64,000 nt of DNA from NCBI GenBank assembly GCA_964016885.1, contig OZ024740.1:37510001-37574000 (forward strand), written 5' to 3'. Positions 1 to 10,542 of the stretch are shown here, one piece after another. The notes beneath the pieces are model-generated. The model did not search any database, had not been told where the DNA came from, and saw only the letters and a list, made by a program, of their open reading frames with translations. Position numbers and translations under genes: made by a program. The DNA is from Eledone cirrhosa. Lineage: Eukaryota. How positions within the stretch are numbered: position 1 is the first letter of the stretch; the number at the start of each line of letters is the position of its first letter.

Positions 1-600
1 GGGACAAGGGAGGCCATTTTTATGAATCCTGGAAAATTTCGGCCAAAATTAAACAAACGAGAGATTGTTATTTTAGAAAAACGAGGAGAAGGTTTTAAAT
101 AAAGCATATAACAGTAATAAGCGATATACTGGGATGCTAAAACACACAAGATTATTTAGAACAATCAGACAGAATTATAGAATAGCATTGAGAAAGCAAG
201 ATTGGATTCTGGGTGATTATACAGATATATGGATGAACCGAAGGATGGGGAGACAAGAAGAAAATGGTATTTTTACATTACATTTCGTAGAAGTGGACTG
301 ACCATTAATAATATATATATTAATATATATATATATATATATATATATAAGCAAAGAAAAAATCTACTGATCCCAAAAAATATTCAGGTGGAAGTTTAGG
401 TAGAGTCCAGGTATAAATCCAGTTTCTGGGTGAAGATCCAATTTTGGAAACCAACAAATTTGCGAGGTCTCTCCAAAATGGCTGGTTCAATATGCACATA
501 TGTAGGCCCCCCCCCCCCCCACACTTTTTTCTAATTTTTTTCCCTGTTCCTTCCTCTTCAGTCTTTTTATATTTCTATTTATTTTCTATTACTGATTCTA

Positions 601-636
601 TCTTCTGATGAAGGACTAATGTCGAAAAGGTTAAGA
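601..636 (+). ncRNA. Degenerate minimal hammerhead ribozyme motif, Penelope pseudo-LTR type
   Basis: TCTT-CTGATGA-AG-GAC TAAT GTC-GAAA-AGGTT-AAGA. Core boxes CTGATGA (605-611) and GAAA (624-627), a GAC/GTC stem II and a TCTT/AAGA stem I are present. The usual palindromic GAAACGTT stem III reads GAAAAGGTT, so it is probably inactive. The downstream 636-725 sequence recurs at ~7097-7185. Confidence 0.45.
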
Positions 637-751
637 CTCTTGTCCTGCTATTTCAAGCGTTAAACTGATATATTTCCTCAATGTACTGTGTTGTTTGGTT
701 TGTTATTCTTTTTACCTTTTACACACATATATATATGTACATATATATGTA

Positions 752-787
<36 letters not shown>

Positions 788-800
788 TATACATATATAT

Positions 801-1102
801 ATTTAATTAGAAAGTGAACAACACAAAATATAACTACTCCATTACCAAAGGTTTCTGGATCACAGACAGAGATGTTATAGATAAAAGATATGAAATGTGA
901 TAAATAATATGAACAGATTTTAAATCGCATTTCATATCTTTTATCCATAACATCTCTGTCTGACGACCGATCCAGACGTATATTATTATCGTCTGTAATC
1001 CAGAAACCTTTGGAAATGGAGTAGTTGTATTTTGTGTGGTTCACTTTCTAATTAAATAGCTCTGTTCTATATATAGAGCACTCTTTTTTCCTTTGGAATT
1101 AC
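801..1102. mobile_element. Palindromic (fold-back) non-autonomous element, copy 1
   Basis: Outer arms 801-867 and 991-1057 are reverse complements (ATTTAATTAGAAAGTGAAC...GGTTTCTGGATCACAGAC). Inner arms are at ~865-895 and ~924-960. An unpaired tail AGCTCTGTTCTATATATAGAGCACTC...GGAATTAC follows. An inverted copy lies at 7396-7652. Confidence 0.75.
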
Positions 1103-1109
1103 CTAACAT

Positions 1110-1169
<60 letters not shown>

Positions 1170-1638
1170 CGGAGGAGTTGTGGTAAGGAACCAGATGGAC
1201 CATAACACACCAGAGTACTCAATATTTAGGGTAGTAGAGTGGGTAATAGGAGAAAGTATGACCCCGACGGCAGAGCTCAAGCCGTTTCGACGGCTATTTC
1301 TAGACTAAAGTAAGTCTATATATGTATGTGAGTATGTTTGATATTATATTTACTTATGTCAGCAACCAATTCTATCAGCCAGTAAAAATATGTAATTTAA
1401 TCACTAACAAAAACTCACTCAATGTATAAAACATTTTTCAATTGATGTGTGTAATTTACATTTGGCTCTCACATACACATTTCTACTACTATATTCAATA
1501 CTAATAATCAATTGAGTTTTTTTTAATAACTATTTTTTTTTTAGTACTACAGTAACTGTGATTGCTGAGGTCTCCGGTAATCAGTGCTGTATATACCGGA
1601 ATATATTATATGTTGATACCCTTCTTTCTCTCTCTCAC

Positions 1639-1676
<38 letters not shown>

Positions 1677-1677
<1 letters not shown>

Positions 1678-2138
1678 CATCATCATCATCATCACCATTT
1701 TACGTCCGTTCTTCCACGCTAGCATGGGTTAGACGGGTTGTCCTGTTGTGGGCAGTGTCCGGTCGGCTGACCATGCCTTGCTCATACGGGAACTGATTCT
1801 GGCTTGATTTCTTCCTAACACCAACCTCATTTACAGTGAGTGCTGGGTGCTTTTTTTCCATGGCGCCTCCGCATCCACTTTGCAGTGTGGGCTGGGTGCT
1901 TTTTTGCACCTCCACGACCACTTTGCAGTGGGAGGGTGTGGGCGCATATTGTCTATATGCTTCAGCTTCGACTTGTACCCGTGGTGGGGTTGGGTATTCT
2001 GTATTACTGCGTGTATTACTGTGTGTCATCGCCTTTGAGAGGTGTAATTGGGTAAGGTCGGCTTTTATCACCTCATCCCAGGTCTTGGGTCTCCCCACTC
2101 CGCGGTTTCCATTGACTTCTAGTGCTCTGCACCTTTTT
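1677..2138 (-). mobile_element. RTE-clade LINE, 3' end fragment
   Basis: The minus strand encodes KRCRALEVNGNRGVGRPKTWDEVIKADL, the GRP..TW C-terminal motif of RTE ORF2. It is followed by a 3' UTR ending ...GGACGTAAAATGG(TGA)n. Confidence 0.8.
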
Positions 2139-2154
2139 CATCATCAATATATAT

Positions 2155-2197
<43 letters not shown>

Positions 2198-2294
2198 TAC
2201 AGTTACAAGCCAAAAGCGGGTGCGTAGGTGCTCGATGTTAAGGTTATCAGCATTATTAGAGAAGGTTAATATTTAGTGTACAAGAATATATATA

Positions 2295-2641
2295 TCATCA
2301 TCATCATCATCATTTCATTTAACGTCCACTTTTGCCCTGCTTGCAAGGGTGAGATGGGAACTGATGCTGGCTTGATTTCTACAGCTGGATGCCCTTCCTA
2401 ACACCAACCTCATTTACAGTGAGTGCTGGGTGCTTTTTTTCCGTGGCACCTCCACGACCACTTTGCAGTGGAATGATAGGGACCCCAGTCCCTATCATCT
2501 CATTTCTACAGCTGAGTAAACTGGAGCAATGTGAAATAAAGTCTCTTGCTCAAGGAAACAACACATCACCCGGTCTGAGAATTGAACTCACAACCTTACG
2601 ATTGCAAGGCCAATGCTCTAACCACTAAGCCACGTGCCTCC
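2295..2641 (-). mobile_element. tRNA-derived SINE with RTE-type 3' tail
   Basis: The minus-strand head has an A box (TGGCTTAGTGG) and B box (GAGTTCAATTC), then a CCTTGAGCAAG core. The tail GTTGGTGTTAGGAAGGGCATCCAGCTGTAGAAA...GGACGTTAAA...(TGA)n is shared with the adjacent RTE end. Confidence 0.8.
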
Positions 2642-2730
2642 ATATATATATACATACATATATATTTATATATATATATATGGTTACCCCCGATTGAACC
2701 CAGGATAAACATATACATATATATATATGT

Positions 2731-2893
2731 AAACGTGGTTGGTGTTAGGAAGGGCATCCAGCCGTAGAAAACCCGCCAGACAGTCCTATACAAGCAAGAC
2801 AACCAATCTTGCCTCAAGTGGGAAAATTCCCGTCCAAACCCATGCAAGCGTGGAAGATGGACGTTAAACGATGATGATGATGACAATGATGAT
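2731..2893 (+). mobile_element. RTE/SINE 3' tail fragment
   Basis: GTTGGTGTTAGGAAGGGCATCCAGCCGTAGAAA...CCCATGCAAGCGTGGAAGATGGACGTTAAACGATGATGATGA, the same tail type as 1677-1830 and 2295-2410 but on the opposite strand. Confidence 0.75.
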
Positions 2894-3494
2894 ATATATA
2901 TACATAATGATGATGGCTGCAACTTTACTTCGAGTAATACCATCACTTGATACTTAAGCATGAGTATCATGGACATGGCTCTATAGTCCTGCTAGGGACT
3001 TGCCTATGGCCAGTAATGTCATGCATCACATAAAATGTCACATATCAAGTGACACCTATGCATGAAGCTTTTTTTAAATGGAGAAAGGCTTTCTGAACAT
3101 CAAATACCCCAAAATAGAACTGGATGCAAACAAAGTCGCAGGTTTTATATCAGACTGACCTTCTTTGGATGGCCATTGACTCTCCTGAATTCCTCCAGTT
3201 ATTTCACCTTTTGAAGTTAGTTTGTGCTTTTTTCCTTATATAATTTACTTTATATTTGATACTCAAAGACAAACTACACACATTTACAATATTAATACAG
3301 CCACATATACATACAAAGATGAATTAAATACAACACACATGCATTCACATGACCCCCTCCTTTTATATCATCTACTATCTTTGTGTTTCCTCTACTCTTG
3401 ATGAACTTTCCATTTTCCTTTTTCTTTTAAGCGTGAAACTAATAAGACTATTGTTTTTGTATGGCTGTGTTTGTCCATTTTTAAAACAATATAA

Positions 3495-4295
3495 ATAACC
3501 TGTTTATTATCATCCTCCAGGGTATAACAGAAGAGTTTAAAATGGGATGCCCATGGGAACTCTTGTATATTGATAATCTTACTCTCATAGCTGAATCTAT
3601 TCTTGACCTAGAAGCATAACCTGGAATCAAAAGGTCTTAAAGTCAACTTGGCAAAGAACAAAGTTCTAGTAAGTAGTAACAAAAACAAAACCCTGATCCC
3701 TTCTGGGAAATGCCCTGCTCAGTGTGAAGGAAAGGGGTGAGTAGAAATTCCATCCTCTGTTCCAAATGCAAGCTATGAATACACAAGTAGATTAGCTAAG
3801 AATGCAGGTTTTACTTGTGACCATTGCATAGGAGCAGTAATTTACAAACACTCACAGGAAACAAGTGCTATCAAATTCTTGGAAGGTTCTCTAGAAGCAG
3901 TTGACAGCTTCTGCTACCTGGATGACCAAATTAACTGTGGAGGTGCGTGTGCCGAAAGTACGGTAGACAGAGTGAGAATGGGATGGGAAACATTCAGGGA
4001 GCTACTACCACTGCTAGCTACAAAAGGTTTTTTCCTCAAAATTAAGGGCAAATTGTATGATGCATGTATACAAATAACAATGTTATTAGCGACACCTGTG
4101 CATAAGATTAGAAAGGAATGAAGCTGGTATGCTTCGATGGATGTGTAATACATGAACTGAGAGAGAAACTGGACATAAGAGGGATCAGATGCAGTGTGCA
4201 GGAGAGGAGATTATGTTGGTGTAGATATGTGATACGTATGCAAGATGACAGCTATATAAAAAGGTGCAGGACACTCAAAGTGTGAGAGCAAATAG
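3495..4295 (+). pseudogene. Decayed RTE-clade LINE reverse transcriptase (C-terminal RT and downstream region)
   Basis: LQGITEEFKMGCPWELLYIDNLTLIAES (YADD motif decayed to YIDN), LESKGLKVNLAK, a Cys-rich segment, and LEAVDSFCYLDDQI...RVRMGWETFRELLPLL...KGKLYDACI. Several stops, frameshifts and deletions are present. Confidence 0.9.
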
Positions 4296-4330
4296 ACAAA
4301 AAATACCTAATTTTTCTTCAAAGTCCCAAT

Positions 4331-4362
<32 letters not shown>

Positions 4363-4525
4363 ATTATCTATATATATATGTATGTATATATGTATATATG
4401 TATGTATATATATATATATTGGATTTTAGTCTTCAAATTTATTATTATTACTATATATATATATATATAAACAGAAAAAATGAAACAAAATTTCATTTCC
4501 CACTCTTAGTACGGCTGATACTTAA

Positions 4526-4882
4526 ATATAAGTATGTATACGTACATACATATATGTATACAGACGTACAGTAGTATGTATATATATACACATACATGCA
4601 CACATATACATATGTATGTATGGATTCACCGAACATTTATTATAATGCTCGGTGTGTTTGTAAACAAACATCCCGTATTAAGCCATAGTGTTCAGCAACA
4701 ACGATGGTTGCTGGACACTATGGCTTAATACGGGATGTTTGTTTACAAACACACCGAGCATTATAATAAATGTTCGGTGAATCCATACGTACATATATAT
4801 ATATGTGTGCATGTATGTGTATATATATACATACTACTGTACGTCTGTATACATATATGTATGTACGTGTACATACTTATAT
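4526..4882. repeat. Near-perfect palindrome, ~175-bp arms, ~7-nt loop
   Basis: Centre CAGCAAC-AACGATG-GTTGCTG near 4703. The arms, e.g. GGATTCACCGAACATTTATTATAATGCTCGGTGTGTTTGTAAACAAACATCCCGTATTAAGCCATAGTG, mirror with few mismatches. Confidence 0.95.
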
Positions 4883-4888
4883 ATATAT

Positions 4889-5300
4889 ATATATATATGA
4901 ATGTATATATAGTGTATTTTGCAATACACTGTATGCTTAATAAAAAGCATTTTGAAGACCTTAGGCTATTGTTTTAGAGTAGTGACAGACTCACTTACTA
5001 TAATTTCAGCAAACAGGGGGAGATAAAGCTGACAAGGCATTGTTTCTGCATTTATTGATGCTTATCAAAGCCAACTACTCCTCCCGTTTGCTGAGAACCT
5101 GGATGTTTTGGTTCTTATAGAATTCTAGTAAATAATCAGGAACTGATTATACAGAGCGGTTGCTGGTCCCCCTGTTTGCTGAAATTATAGTAAGTGAGTC
5201 TGTCACTACTCTAAAACAATAGCATAAGGTCTTCAAAATGCTTTTTATTAAGCATACAGTGTATTGCAAAATACACTATATATACATTCATATATATATA
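4889..5300. repeat. Inverted repeat, ~130-bp arms with ~145-bp spacer
   Basis: 4889-5021 (...GAATGTATATATAGTGTATTTTGCAATAC...CAGCAAACAGGGGGA) is the reverse complement of 5167-5300, with one mismatch seen. Confidence 0.95.
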
Positions 5301-5324
5301 GCTATTTCAGAGCAACAATTCTAA

Positions 5325-5774
5325 TATATATATATGTATATATATATGTATACATGTATATATTTATGTATGCATATATATATATATATATATGTGTGTG
5401 TATAAATATATGTGTTTATATATATATATATATGTGCAAACACACATACACACTCATACATACCCACATATACACATATACATTCATACGTATATGTGTA
5501 TGTAAAAAAATACTAACAGATATACATATACACTCGCCCGCATATACGAACATACAGCAACTCAAACATACATGATAATCCATATATATATACATAAATA
5601 TACAAACACATATACACATACATATATATACATATACATATATATATATACATATACATATATACACGTATACATACCTATACATAAACACACACATATA
5701 TATAAATATCAGTATAAATCCACACACAAATATAAACAGACATAAACATACACCTACACACATTCCCATACATC

Positions 5775-5806
<32 letters not shown>

Positions 5807-6020
5807 CACATACATATATATACATACATATATACAAAATACACGTAAATATACATAAATATACACAAATACGTATATACACGCATACGCAAATACTCAC
5901 ATATATACACACATACAAATATACACGCACAAACACGAAATACACATATACACCTAATTATATACACACATACAAGTATATATAATAATACACCTATAAC
6001 ATATACAAGCATATATACGT
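5325..6020. repeat. Degenerate (TA)n/(CA)n/(TACA)n microsatellite field
   Basis: Low-complexity alternating purine-pyrimidine sequence. The ORFs here are Y/I/V/C-rich artefacts. Confidence 0.9.
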
Positions 6021-6150
6021 ACGAGAAAGTATACGTACCTCCACAAACATACGGGTAATAAATACTTACCTATACATATAAGTAATGGTATAAACATAAA
6101 ATATACTTAGCTACCACATCTAGACGTAAATTATCTACGTATTGTTCGTA

Positions 6151-7003
6151 CTATCCGTTAGGATATAATGTGGAGCTGTAATACAGGAAAGTTTTCTGCA
6201 ATTTGTGTTTACAAGCCGAAATTGCCTCAGATTTTTTGTTTAAGATGTGGTCTTTGGCGTAGAGTATTTCCAGGGCTTCAGCAGCGCAAAGATCACATGG
6301 TCTTTTATTTCCATTATACGATCTAGCTTTAACTAGGATCTCCCAGTGTAACCTATATTGGGTGTGGTTGTCTTTTAGACTCCAGATATAAGCTGAAAGT
6401 GACGTCATGTTCCTTCTTAAAGGGTTAAGAAAAGAATGGGTGAGCATGTAAAGACGCTGCTTGAATCTATTGGCAGTTAACCCTATGTAGGCCCTACTAG
6501 ACGTGGGTGTTTTGACCTTACATTTGTAGACAATGTTACTGGAGAGGCATTTCCCGGATAGGGAGCAGTCAACCCGATTCCTACAATTACAGTTAGTACT
6601 AGCTACAGGGTTGCACGTGTTCCTACGGCTAGGTAATTTAGCTAAATTTGAAGCAATGATGTTATGTGCAAAGTTAGGAGTCGTAGAGGAAGATATTTTA
6701 ATGGTATTTCTATTAAAAATGTTATTATATTTATGTGCTCAGGGGAAATGCTTCTTAATAAGGGAGAGAAAGATCTTAGCTAATGGTGTGGCCACCATAT
6801 AATGCGTCGGGATCTATTTTCCTAGGTTTATGCTCATACTTAGTATATGCTACCTTATCGACAAATCCACTCAGAGCAAGAGCTTCATTGTAATATGTGG
6901 AATGATTTGTGAAAATATGCTCAATTGTAGATAGACGAGAAAGCCTCAAAGAAACGTTTCTTACCTGATCCTTGGTAATGCTGGCAGGATGATTAGAATG
7001 CTT
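6151..7003 (-). pseudogene. Penelope-like retroelement fragment (RT thumb, linker and GIY-YIG endonuclease; Nematis-like)
   Basis: The minus strand reads KHSNHPASITK..RLSRLS..F..YNEALALSG, then IFLSLIKKHFP*AHKYNNIFNRNTIKIS, CNCRNRVDCSLSGKCLSSNIVYKC..AYIGLTANRFKQR, and TSLSAYIWSLKD..WEIL..CDLCAAE..LNKKSE..CKH. It has an in-frame stop, an internal deletion and a 5' truncation. Confidence 0.9.
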
Positions 7004-7090
7004 CTATAGTTCTTATATATTTGATATATATTTATCCTTATTGAACCCTCTTTGGATTTTAGTCTTCACATTTATTATTATTACTATATA
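7004..7090 (+). repeat. Short dispersed repeat (copies inverted at ~9620-9702 and partial at ~4419-4455)
   Basis: GTTCTTATATATTT.ATATATATTTATCCTTAT.GA.CCCTCTTTGGATTTTAGTCTTCA.ATTTATTATTATTACTA is shared between the copies. Confidence 0.8.
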
Positions 7091-7200
7091 TATATAAGAT
7101 CCTCTTCCTGCTATTTCAAGCATTAAACTAATATATTCCTTCCATTTGTGTACCATTTATGTTGTTATTTCTGTTTACCTTTTACATATATATATATGTA

Positions 7201-7232
<32 letters not shown>

Positions 7233-7361
7233 GACACACACATATATATATACATATATAGTGGAAATTAAGGAAATTCCTTAGTACAGTAAGATATAAT
7301 ATATATATATATATATTATTATACACACACATATGTATATATGTGTGTTTCTGTGTGTGTG

Positions 7362-7392
<31 letters not shown>

Positions 7393-7395
7393 TAT

Positions 7396-7652
7396 GTAAT
7401 TCCAAAGGAAAAGAGAGTGCTCTATATATAGAACAGAGCTATTTAATTAGAAAGTGAACCACACAATATATAACTACTCCATTTCCAAAGGTTTCTGGAT
7501 CACAGACGATAATAATATACGTCTGGATCGGTCGTCAGACAGAGATGTTATAACAACTCTGTCCGATCCAGACGTATATATTAATATCGTCTGTGATCCA
7601 GAAACCGTTGGTAATGGAGTAGTTATATTTTGTGTTGTTCACTTTCTAATTA
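7396..7652. mobile_element. Palindromic (fold-back) element, copy 2, inverted relative to copy 1
   Basis: 7396-7551 is the reverse complement of ~947-1102. It is itself a hairpin with arms ~7444-7531 and ~7563-7652. Confidence 0.75.
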
Positions 7653-8189
7653 TATATATATTAACATTTCCATTTTCATCAGTCTGTTGAGCATTTTTCT
7701 GCTTGTGTTCTTATGTTCCTAGCTGGGATGATTCTGTCTCATGTAAAGATTTTTTTTATAGTGTTTTCTGGTTTATTTTGAATATTTCTCTCAAGTTTCG
7801 TTTTTTCCTCTTTCAAACTCTGTCCCTCCCTTTCTCTCTCTTTCCCTCACCCTGTCCCTCCTATCTCTCTCACAAACCATTGATCTTCACTTCCTAATTA
7901 CTCATATAGTTGTCTTTCTTCCCCACAGCCCTTCACATGTAATCAACTCTAACTGTTATTTTCTTAACACTATAACACTCTTTATCTGCCTCTTTACACT
8001 ACCTTGCATCATTATATTTCTGTCTATCTATTGCCAGCCTTTATTCACAGAGGCATAAACTTTGCTCGAAAAAATATAGAGGTTTTCAAATTTTATTTAA
8101 ACTTTTATCACTCTATTATCACTAGCTTCCTTCCCAACATTAAATATGTCAGCTAAGCAAATGTAATTTTCTTTTGTTACCAGTAAGCC

Positions 8190-8782
8190 AACTCAATATG
8201 ATCAATTCTTGGTCTATAGCTCAATCTGATCAGTCCATGGTCTATAGCTCAATCTGAGCCATCCGTGGTTTATAGCTCAATCTAAGCCGTCCATGGTCTA
8301 TAGTTCAATATGATCAGTTCATGGTCTATAGCTGTTTATGATGCATTCATTGCCTACAGCTCTATCTCCACAGTATATGGTTTATAGCTCAATCTGAGCA
8401 GTCCATGGTCTATGGCTCATTCTGAGCAGTCCATGACCTATAGCTCCAGATGAGTAGTCCATAGTCTATAGTTCAATATGAACAATTCATGATCTATAGC
8501 TCTATCTCCACAGTATATGGTCTATGGCTCAATCTGATCAGTCCATGGTCTATACAATCTGATCAGTCGATTGTCTATAGCTCAATTTGATCAGTTCATG
8601 GTCTATAGGTCAATATGACCAGTTCATGGTCTATAGGTCAATATGACCAGTTCATTGTCTATAGATGTATATGATCCATCCATGGTCTATAGCTCTATCC
8701 CCACAGTCCATGGTCTATACCTCAATATGATCAGTTCATAATCTATAGCTCAATCTAATTAGTTCATGATCTATGGCTCATA
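8190..8782. repeat. 28-bp minisatellite, ~21 copies
   Basis: Unit ~GGTCTATAGCTCAATCTGATCAGTCCAT. GGTCTATAGC occurs at 8211 and 8239 (period 28). Confidence 0.9.
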
Positions 8783-9158
8783 TTATTGGCTAATGTAGTT
8801 TATTTGCTGGGCATGGAGTTTTGCTTGGCTATTTGTCTTTCTGAGATTTTGCAGTAATGTTAGTGCACATTTTGTTAGTACTGATCCAAAAGTATTTCTA
8901 TGAAACTCTCTGCCTTTATACCGAGCAATACCATTTTCTGGTTTCAGTCACTAATTAGTACCTGCCTTAGAAATAACCTCCATTTCACTTCGTCTCTAAG
9001 TCATCTTTTTATGTTTCAAACTTACTTGTGCTTCTTTAATTGATTCTACAGGGAAAAAGAAGATGGCATTTATTCATTTTAATGGACTTTTGAAAACTCT
9101 TTCTAACTTTTATTTTGCCTTTTCTAAATAGAAACATTTTCAAAATTTAACGTTTTAA

Positions 9159-9359
9159 CCCTTTAACATTTACATTATTCTATATATAAATATATATATA
9201 CGATTGTATTATTGTGATAAAGGCTTTATCTTACATAATATCTCACATAATATCAAATTTTGATATTATTTATTTTGAGAACAAAGCCTTAACTACAGTA
9301 TGAGCAGCTGGTTACAGCCAATTTGAGCAGAAAGAGGTGAGAGAATTCGGTTTAAAGGG
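9159..9359 (+). mobile_element. piggyBac-like MITE copy 1 (3' internal deletion)
   Basis: TTAA|CCCTTTAACATTTA ... TAAAGGG|TTAA. The internal sequence matches the copies at 10324, 11742 and 17180. Confidence 0.75.
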
Positions 9360-9872
9360 TTAAATATTAAAGGTTCTGCTAAGAATTATTTTGCTTTTTT
9401 TTAAATTTAATTTTTTCTTCTTTTTTTTTTGTATGTACTACAGGTGAAAATCTCTTAAATTTCATTAGTTTCTCTTTTACAGAAGAATCTAATTAGAATT
9501 AATGCTATATATATATATATTGTTTAAAAATATATTATAAATATATGTATATGTATATATTATTTATAATTATATATATATTATTTATAAATATATATAT
9601 ATATATATATAATAATAATAGTAATAATAATAAATTTGAAGACTAAAATCCAAAGAGGGCTCGATAAGGATAAATATATATTAAATATATAAGAACCGTA
9701 GGGAACGTTTCCATGAACCAAAGTATCGTCTTCCTGTCTTCCTCCGGTTGCAACGTTTTTTGAAATATCCACTTCTGCGTTTACAGATTGACTTTGTTAG
9801 TTTCAGAAGATCCCGTTAAGGGTGAAAGCAGCGATTCTTTGCTTAAACTTTAATCTGTTATTTTAATAAATA

Positions 9873-9944
<72 letters not shown>

Positions 9945-10105
9945 AAATATAGATATTGTTTGCATTTGAAATACTGTTATTTCAGTTTCAGTTTATAAAG
10001 AAGGATAATATAATTACAAATGCAGACAAAAATATATTTCAAATAAAATATTTGAAAAACAGAAATGTACTGAAGCTATAAATCCCCTAACAATAATCAG
10101 TTTCT

Positions 10106-10129
10106 GGGGGGGGGGGGGGGGGGGGGGGG
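10106..10129 (+). repeat. Poly-G tract (24 G)
   Basis: Direct count. A C14 tract also lies at 507-520. Confidence 0.9.
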
Positions 10130-10206
10130 TTAGTGTAATTTAAAATCAGTTGTTTTTGCAGATTTCTGATGCTCAAAACATAAAAATATTAAAAAAACAT
10201 TTAAAA

Positions 10207-10311
10207 TAAAACAATACAATATAATTATTCCATTACCCAAGGTTTCACGAAGTTAGAATCGTTTAACTTCGCGAAACCTTGGGTAATGGAATAATTATAT
10301 TGTATTGTTTA
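10207..10311. mobile_element. Short hairpin element related to copies at 801 and 7396
   Basis: AAACAATACAATATAATTATTCCATTACCCAAGGTTTC.CGAAGTTA-loop-TAACTTCG.GAAACCTTGGGTAATGGAATAATTATATTGTATTGTTT. It shares TCCATTACC.AAGGTTTC with the 801 family, and the tail ATAGCTCTGT resumes at 10547. Confidence 0.7.
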
Positions 10312-10323
10312 TTACATAATTAA

Positions 10324-10542
10324 CTCTTTAGCATTTGAATTATTCTATATATACTATTGTATTTTCATAGTAAAGGCTTTATCTTACATAATTATCTCAT
10401 ATAATATCAAATTTAAGAGATTTTGATATTATTTATTTAAGAACAATACTTTAACGTTGGTATGAGTGGCCAGTTATGACCAGTTTGAATAGAAGAGGTG
10501 AGAGAATTCTGTCTGGATATGGCTGGTTTGAATGCTAAAGGG
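10324..10542 (+). mobile_element. piggyBac-like MITE copy 2
   Basis: TTAA|CTCTTTAGCATTT ... GAATGCTAAAGGG|TTAA. Confidence 0.8.

Noticed and set aside
7424-7438. 15-bp match ATATATAGAACAGAG between the hairpin-element tail and the first satellite monomer (21254-21268)
   Set aside because: Half the match is TA low complexity and it does not extend, so it is insufficient to claim an origin for the satellite.
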